NCBI GenBank assembly: GCA_021498095.1
Contig: JAIZWK010000001.1
Location: 2,040,001-2,072,000, forward strand
Length of the DNA stretch: 32,000 nt
Direction: 5' to 3'
Source of the DNA: Candidatus Harpocratesius repetitus
GTDB lineage: Archaea > Asgardarchaeota > Lokiarchaeia > Sigyniarchaeales > Promethearchaeaceae
Each line of letters starts with the position of its first letter. Within the stretch, counting starts at the first letter, position 1. Under the pieces are notes generated by a model. That model had not been told where the DNA came from. It saw only the letters and a list, made by a program, of their open reading frames with translations, and did not search any database. The position numbers and the translations under genes were made by a program. Below, piece after piece: positions 25,987 to 32,000 of this stretch.

Positions 25987-27120
25987 ATGAAAGATTTTAG
26001 TGGGGCAATTATGCTAGAAAATTCGAATTTAATCTCTAATACAGAAATAGATAAAAATATAATTCAAGCACAACAAATTGATAAAGAAAAAAAACTCAGT
26101 TTTTTTGAGAAATTTTTGGTTTTGTGGATTCCAATTTGTATGATACTAGGAATTTTACTATCGGAATATACAAATTTAAGCACAGCGATCGATTCTTGGT
26201 CAATTCGTGGAATTTCTATTCCAATTGGAATTTGTTTATTTCTGATGATGTATCCTGCAGTGTTGAATCTACGTGCTTCTGAATTGAAAAAGCTTAAGGA
26301 TAATCCAAAACCAATTATATTAACGCTCTTTTCAAATTGGATAGTTGCACCTTTAGTTGGATTTGCTTTGGCAAAATTGTTTTTGGGAGATAACGATCAA
26401 TTGTTTGTGGCTGTAATTTTGCTCAGTTCTAGCCCGTGCACAGCAATGGTACTAGTTTGGGGTTCCATGGCTCATGGAAATCAAGAACAAAATGTAGTAA
26501 ACACCAGCTTAAATACCATATCCATCATGATTTTTTACGCTCCACTGGTTGCATTTCTCACTGGAATACAAGATATTGATGTTGATCGGGTTAGTTTAGC
26601 CATTTCAGTTTTAGTATTTATTGGTTTACCGATAATATTAGGTATCTTGACACGTAAAATTATAATTCCAAGAAAAGGAGAAGCATGGTTTAATGACGTT
26701 TATCGCCCAATTTTAGGTAAAATTTCAATTATTGCATTGTTAACAACTTTGATTATTCTATTCGCCTTGAATGGTAATACATTGTTAAAAAATCCACAGT
26801 ATTTGCTGCTGATTTCAATTCCCTTATTACTTGGATTCGTAATAGTTGTAGGATTTAATGTTCTAATCACAAAATTATTTAGATTAAAATATCGCGAAGC
26901 AGTGTTAACAGTAATTATTGGATCATCCAGTCATTTTGAAATAGCAATAGCTACTGCAATTTCTGCATATGGGGTTGGTTCATTAGCTGCATTAGGAACA
27001 ACCATGGGTTTATTCTGGGAAATTCCAGTAATGCTTAGTTTAGTCTATTTCGGTCGTTATTTAGGGAAAAAGCATTTCTGGCCACCAAATACTCCCGTTA
27101 AAAGTGAAAGTAAAGAATGA
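25987..27120 (+). CDS. acr3: ACR3-family arsenite efflux transporter
   Basis: LSFFEKFLVLWI, CLFLMMYP, SPCTAMVLVW, SSHFEIAIA; about 10 TMs. Confidence 0.93.
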   Translation: MKDFSGAIMLENSNLISNTEIDKNIIQAQQIDKEKKLSFFEKFLVLWIPICMILGILLSEYTNLSTAIDSWSIRGISIPIGICLFLMMYPAVLNLRASELKKLKDNPKPIILTLFSNWIVAPLVGFALAKLFLGDNDQLFVAVILLSSSPCTAMVLVWGSMAHGNQEQNVVNTSLNTISIMIFYAPLVAFLTGIQDIDVDRVSLAISVLVFIGLPIILGILTRKIIIPRKGEAWFNDVYRPILGKISIIALLTTLIILFALNGNTLLKNPQYLLLISIPLLLGFVIVVGFNVLITKLFRLKYREAVLTVIIGSSSHFEIAIATAISAYGVGSLAALGTTMGLFWEIPVMLSLVYFGRYLGKKHFWPPNTPVKSESKE

Positions 27121-27376
27121 AACTATTCACACTTTTCACATTAATCACACTATTCAAATTAATACTTTTCCTTCTATTCAAAGTGAATAGTTAAGCTAAA
27201 TATCTATTTAGAAGTGGAAAAAAGACAAAATAAATACTATTGTTAATTAAACATTCATGCTTCATTTGCTAATTCAGTGTAAAGAATTCAGAAATAATGT
27301 AAGTAATTTTTGCGAAAAGTTTTCAATATTTCTATATCTTTTAGACAATTCAAATGAATTCATTTTGAATTTTATA

Positions 27377-27892
27377 TCACATGATTTGATTTAAAGTGCG
27401 GGTCCATCTCTTTAAATCTGATAAACGAAATCTATGTACTTTTTCCCAAAATTTTATAGCTCGTCTGACGTCCTTTTTACTAAAAAATCCTTCATTCACA
27501 AGAAAGATACAAAAATCAGGCAAAAAAATAGCTTTCTTATTAATACTTAATGCTGCAGCATTTAACGCGCCATCATCTGATATGAGAACACTTGATTCTT
27601 GAATTAGAGATAATAAAAGGGTTTGATCTGCAATATCAAAATCTTCAAAAAAAGGAAAATTTTGAATCATTTGCTCGAGTTCTTTATCTTCAACAGGGAA
27701 TATATAACAATTAGTTGGAGGAAAAAAATGGTCTAAGTTATAATACACCCATTCACTAAGAACATCTTGAGTGATACAAATTCGAAAAAATTTCAATACA
27801 TGCCTTAAATCAATTATCTTGTAATTGTAAAGTTCACGAATATGATTTAACGCACAAGTATCAAGCAAAAAAAACATTACCATCTTTTTCAT
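27377..27892 (-). CDS. PIN-domain (VapC-like) nuclease/toxin
   Basis: Acidic catalytic set LLDTCAL, TQDVLSE, DIAD, ISDD. Confidence 0.82.
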   Translation of the reverse strand: MKKMVMFFLLDTCALNHIRELYNYKIIDLRHVLKFFRICITQDVLSEWVYYNLDHFFPPTNCYIFPVEDKELEQMIQNFPFFEDFDIADQTLLLSLIQESSVLISDDGALNAAALSINKKAIFLPDFCIFLVNEGFFSKKDVRRAIKFWEKVHRFRLSDLKRWTRTLNQIM

Positions 27893-27896
27893 TATC

Positions 27897-28238
27897 CTAT
27901 TTTGATGATTTGCTTTTTTTTAGAAATTCAGTTGTTTTTAGGCTCATGGCAATTTCTAGGGATTTTTCAGTCAATTCATCAGGAATTTTCTCTTCTGCAC
28001 CCCTTCGAGTCCATTCTTTGAGAAATTCTGAGCCATTAAGTCCAGAAATCTTCCATGCTTTTTTTCTATTAATTTTTCCTTCTTGAAGAAGTTTGAAGGC
28101 TAAATCAACTCGTTCATGAGAGATAATGCGAAATATATTATGTTTAACAAACTCAGTTATAGTTAATCCTCGATTATGAGCAAGTAATTGCAAGATATGT
28201 TTTTCTTCTTCAGAAATTCGAAAATTTATTTGTCCCAT
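27897..28238 (-). CDS. Putative antitoxin (RHH plus UPF0175-like HTH)
   Basis: QINFRISEEEK ribbon-helix-helix; LLQEGKINRKKAWKISGL; 4 bp upstream of the PIN gene. Confidence 0.78.
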   Translation of the reverse strand: MGQINFRISEEEKHILQLLAHNRGLTITEFVKHNIFRIISHERVDLAFKLLQEGKINRKKAWKISGLNGSEFLKEWTRRGAEEKIPDELTEKSLEIAMSLKTTEFLKKSKSSK

Positions 28239-28416
28239 AGATTTCCACTATACAAAAGATAAATTTAATATTTAAATAATTGGATAGCTTTGTATATCAG
28301 ATAAAAAATAATAAATCATTTTATTTTAAAATAGTAAAGATTAGTGTTTTAAAGAAGAAAAATGATAATATAACTTTAAATTAAAAGAATTAAGATTTTT
28401 CGATGAAGAGATGAAG

Positions 28417-29637
28417 TTATATCCATTTCCAGACAGGTTTTATAATTATTTTTTTATTTTCATATTTTACTTCATCTTCATCATCATAGGTCAATATTAA
28501 ACCTTCATTAAGATTAAACTTAATTAGGGCTTCAATTAATCCATCAAATTCTCTTTTCATATTATTTTCATTTAATTCATAGCATACTTGAATTGCCAAA
28601 GTTATTTTTTCTTTTTCTTTGATTACAAAGTCACATTCACCATTTTCTTTAAAATAGAAAATTTTTTTATTTCTTCTTTTTAATTCTTGAAAAACTAAGT
28701 TTTCGAGCATTCTTCCGTGATCAGCTGAGAATGAAATTGAATTTGCTCTGGTTAATCCATTATCTATTGAGTAAACCTTTTTTGGATTAACCAATTGTTT
28801 TTTTAGAGAATAACTGAATCTTGAAATTGTAAATAATAGATAACTTTCTTCAAAATAAGAAATAAAAGATATTATTGTATTAATAGAACCTGCGTGGAAT
28901 ATTTTTTTAAGGTTGTTAAAAGAAAATTCTTTTCCTACATTTGTTAGTAAATAAATTCCTAATTCTATTATTAGTTTGGATTCTCTAATCCCATATCTTG
29001 CGACTATATCTCTTAAAACAATATCGTTAAAAAGTTCTTGAAGAATTTGTTCATTCTCTAATTTTAGAAATTCAGGAAAACCTCCATTTTTTAAGTAATA
29101 ATCAAAAGAAGCAATATTGCTGTCTTTATTTAAGAATTGGAGCATTTCTCGATAAGAAAAGGGAAATAATTCATATCTTAAGTGTCTACCTGTAAGTTTT
29201 GTTCCTAATTCTTTACTAAGTAGTGATGCATTTGATCCTGTTATCACAAATTTCTTTCCTTGATCTAACCTTGATCTAACAAAAATCTCCCATTGCTGAA
29301 TATTTTGAATTTCATCTAAAAAATAATATTCTGATTCTCCATATTCTTTAATATATATCTCATCAAGTTTTTGAAAATCTGAATTATCAAAGCTTAAAAG
29401 GCGCGTATCTTCGAAGTTCATATAATAAAAGTTAGGTAATTCTTTCATAAGTTGAATTAATAATGTGCTTTTACCACATCTCCGTATTCCTGATATTACT
29501 AGTGCAAAATTCTTATTTATTGTAATATCATTTAATATTTCTCTTTTTATGCCAAAATCATATTTTGAAAGATTATCTTTTTGAGATTTAACTATTTCTT
29601 TCAAAGTTTTTTTTAAAATCATATTAAAATAAACCAA
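28417..29637 (-). CDS. COG1373-type ATPase (AAA_14 plus DUF4143)
   Basis: GIRRCGKST, FLDEIQ, TGSN, LTGR, GGFP, KKVYSIDNG, ENLV, ECDFV...IQVC. Confidence 0.92.
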   Translation of the reverse strand: MVYFNMILKKTLKEIVKSQKDNLSKYDFGIKREILNDITINKNFALVISGIRRCGKSTLLIQLMKELPNFYYMNFEDTRLLSFDNSDFQKLDEIYIKEYGESEYYFLDEIQNIQQWEIFVRSRLDQGKKFVITGSNASLLSKELGTKLTGRHLRYELFPFSYREMLQFLNKDSNIASFDYYLKNGGFPEFLKLENEQILQELFNDIVLRDIVARYGIRESKLIIELGIYLLTNVGKEFSFNNLKKIFHAGSINTIISFISYFEESYLLFTISRFSYSLKKQLVNPKKVYSIDNGLTRANSISFSADHGRMLENLVFQELKRRNKKIFYFKENGECDFVIKEKEKITLAIQVCYELNENNMKREFDGLIEALIKFNLNEGLILTYDDEDEVKYENKKIIIKPVWKWI

Positions 29638-29649
29638 TTAAAGGCATTT

Positions 29650-29718
29650 AAAAGTTTTCATTATCAATGAACAAAAGTTTTCAATGATAATGAACAAAAG
29701 TTTTCAATAGCAATGAAT
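29650..29718. promoter_or_regulatory. Three tandem 23-bp units, each with a TTCAWT-N3-AATGAA palindrome, in the divergent ATPase/TIR-Nudix promoter region
   Basis: aaaagttttcattatcaatgaac aaaagttttcaatgataatgaac aaaagttttcaatagcaatgaat. The repeat is certain; the operator role is inferred. Confidence 0.65.
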
Positions 29719-29749
29719 AAAAATTTCTTTTATTAATAAACAATATTTT

Positions 29750-31084
29750 ATGATTTTTTCTCTTAATTTATTTATGGTCATCGCTAAATTTAATACTCAT
29801 GAGAAGATCTCGAATAATCAACTATTTATTAGCTATTCTCATCAAGATAAAAATGAAGCATATCTCATTACGAATTTTCTTGGTGGGAAAAATATTCGCT
29901 TTTGGTATGATTATGTATTGAAAGAAAATCCAGGAATCGAATGGAAGAAAGAAATCGAACGTAACATTCGTTTCAGTGAAATTTTTATTATTCTACTCTC
30001 TGAATTCTCCATAAAATCAAGTGCTGTTAGGGAAGAATATCGTTTAGCTAAAAAATTTGAAAGAAAAATAATCCCCATCATTTTAAATGAAGATTTAAAT
30101 GCTGAAAACATCAATTCTACGAATAATGAAGAATATTCTAAAATAATAAAAGAGCATTTTCCAGATATTTACAAAAATCAATATATTGAGAAATATCGAA
30201 CTGGATACGATTTAATCGAATTTCAATCAAGCTTGTTGGCAATGGTTGAGAAGCTAACTGGTGTGCAAATTCAAGAAAGTGTTGGTTTAGTTCCTATCTA
30301 TAATATTCAAAAAACAATAATTGGTTTCACCACACGACCCTTTTTACATTTCATTCCCCAAGCTTATCACAAGACTATTATCGCTATCCTCGTTGCTCCT
30401 GTTATGCAAGATAAAGGAATTATAGATCCCACGAAACGAAAAATCATCGTTCAAGTAAAACCAAAAAAAAGGAAGAGAAGATCTGGGAGTTTAGCATTTT
30501 TTGGAGGGCATAACGAAATAAATGAGTCTTATACTGATACCGCCATACGGGAATTGAGTGAAGAAATTAATATTCCTGAAGAAGAAATTACCAAACAGCC
30601 TCTCATTAGAATTGGTAGAGAAGGTGAATTCTCATGGACAGCAGAAGATAAAGAATTTTCACGGTATAACTATGAATTCAGCACATTATATGTATACCAT
30701 CTTGCAAATCGTCCGTATTTCTTTCAAGAAACGATAGGACCTAAGATTTTACCCGTTTTTACAATTCAAATAACCTTAGATGAATTATTCAATATCTATA
30801 ATAATTCAACAACAATTGGTTCATTTATAAAAGACAATTCAATCGAAATTCCTGAAAACATACAAAAAAACATGGGAGATTTCACGGATCCATTACGATT
30901 TAGTGATGATATTGTTCGTTTATTTGGATATCCTGAAAATATCACACAAAAAAATGGACAAAGCTTTAGTGAAGATCTACAAAAGAGAAGAGAAAAATAT
31001 GAAAAGAGATGGAAAGCTGCAATCTTTGATGCAATTCAAAATCCCCACCATCTGTCAAACCCAGACTGTAAATTAATTTTATAA
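29750..31084 (+). CDS. TIR domain-Nudix hydrolase fusion protein
   Basis: TIR: LFISYSHQD, FWYD, IERNIRFSEIFIILLS, SSAVREEYRLA (E96), IIPIIL. Nudix box at 30506-30574: GHNEINESYTDTAIRELSEEINI. Confidence 0.88.
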   Translation: MIFSLNLFMVIAKFNTHEKISNNQLFISYSHQDKNEAYLITNFLGGKNIRFWYDYVLKENPGIEWKKEIERNIRFSEIFIILLSEFSIKSSAVREEYRLAKKFERKIIPIILNEDLNAENINSTNNEEYSKIIKEHFPDIYKNQYIEKYRTGYDLIEFQSSLLAMVEKLTGVQIQESVGLVPIYNIQKTIIGFTTRPFLHFIPQAYHKTIIAILVAPVMQDKGIIDPTKRKIIVQVKPKKRKRRSGSLAFFGGHNEINESYTDTAIRELSEEINIPEEEITKQPLIRIGREGEFSWTAEDKEFSRYNYEFSTLYVYHLANRPYFFQETIGPKILPVFTIQITLDELFNIYNNSTTIGSFIKDNSIEIPENIQKNMGDFTDPLRFSDDIVRLFGYPENITQKNGQSFSEDLQKRREKYEKRWKAAIFDAIQNPHHLSNPDCKLIL

Positions 31085-31183
31085 TTCTTCGTTTTTTTCT
31101 TCAATTCAGGCAAAAAACTATAATTATAAAAAGATTAATGGAAATTTTTTACTAGCAAAATACGTTGAAGGTAGGTATTTCTT

Positions 31184-32000
31184 ATGACTGAATTAAAGAA
31201 AAGAAGAAATTTAAATCGAAAAAGAGCAAAAAAAAATGTCCCACTCGCCCAATTTTTTCAAGAAATACTTCAAACTAGTAACTCTATGGAAGTAATAGTA
31301 TATGAAGGACTTGTAGGCATTAAAGTCAATTCTCCAGAAGAGGCTATGAAATGTTTTGAAAATGATCTTAATCTCCTTTACAATGGTTATTTACATTATT
31401 TTGAGGAGGAATTGAAATTCATCGAAGATTCCATATATGAATATGATTTCGGCAGTAAAGAATATAAAAAGTATAAAAGAAAGATTAGAAAATTAGTAAA
31501 GGACTATCGCAAACAGCAAGAAGTCTGGTTAAAAAATAAAGAATGGAAAAGTAAATTTGAAGAAATTTTAAGAAAAATTTGGGCGAATATTTTAAAACCA
31601 GAAAACTACCAAGGAATTCAAGGCTATGTACTTCAGTATAGTGGAAATGTTAGTGTTAGTAATGATTCCGATTATCTTTATTCATCTGAAGATTTATTAC
31701 TGTTAAAAGACAGTGCTCCAGATGGTATTACTGGTATTGCATTATCCAATGAACTCTCAAGTTTATTACATAATCTCGATATATTCATAAATGAAATACA
31801 AGAAATCTTATCTAGAATGTTAAATTGTGATGATGAAACAAAATGGATGAGATTGTTAACAAGAATTTATACTTCAGAAGATTTTCCTGTTGGAGAAACT
31901 CATTTTTATGCAATTCAAAGTATGGTTAGGAATTTTGGAATAGATGGATGGGAAATTGCCATGCGAAGAAGAGCAAAAATAAAAAAAAATAACTGGTTAG
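31184..32000 (+). CDS. Partial hypothetical protein (runs off right edge, at least 272 aa)
   Basis: Not in ORF track. Open frame from ATG 31184: MTELKKRRNLNRKRAKKNVPLAQFFQEIL...RRRAKIKKNNWL; no family recognised. Confidence 0.85.
   Translation, partial: MTELKKRRNLNRKRAKKNVPLAQFFQEILQTSNSMEVIVYEGLVGIKVNSPEEAMKCFENDLNLLYNGYLHYFEEELKFIEDSIYEYDFGSKEYKKYKRKIRKLVKDYRKQQEVWLKNKEWKSKFEEILRKIWANILKPENYQGIQGYVLQYSGNVSVSNDSDYLYSSEDLLLLKDSAPDGITGIALSNELSSLLHNLDIFINEIQEILSRMLNCDDETKWMRLLTRIYTSEDFPVGETHFYAIQSMVRNFGIDGWEIAMRRRAKIKKNNWL

Noticed and set aside
27121-27192. 10-bp inverted repeat AACTATTCAC/GTGAATAGTT after acr3
   Set aside because: Arms are 52 bp apart with no TSD or further pairing; insufficient to call a terminator or MITE.
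29650-29718. 23-bp repeats as a CRISPR array
   Set aside because: Units are contiguous with no spacers and there are no cas genes.
1344-30114. Short antisense or nested ORFs in the track (1344, 2159, 3905, 5639, 9508, 9641, 10075, 10689, 13393, 14322, 16863, 17425, 20292, 20907, 22935, 24026, 27396, 29911)
   Set aside because: All overlap longer motif-bearing genes and show no recognisable features; shadow ORFs.

Overview
AT-rich archaeal chromosome segment, most likely from an Asgard (Lokiarchaeia-like) archaeon. This is inferred from TBP, Rpp21, Nep1 and BHB-intron tRNAs occurring with LRR, TIR and FG-GAP proteins. Housekeeping genes are an acyl-CoA dehydrogenase, tbp, a thioredoxin-like gene, yhbY-rnp4-nep1, tRNA-Phe with two introns and tRNA-Gly with one. 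Accessory DNA includes an orphan type III Mod methyltransferase, a complete IS6-like element and its internally deleted MITE-like relative (each with its own 8-bp TSD), arsR/acr3, and a right-end cluster of a PIN toxin-antitoxin pair, a COG1373 ATPase and a TIR-Nudix fusion. Two signals stand out. (1) The nep1 3' end occurs four times at different levels of divergence, bracketing a ~6 kb module of secreted proteins plus an ABC transporter, which suggests repeated cassette accretion at nep1. (2) A TIR domain with its catalytic Glu is fused to a near-canonical Nudix hydrolase. All alignments were done by eye; no database search was possible.
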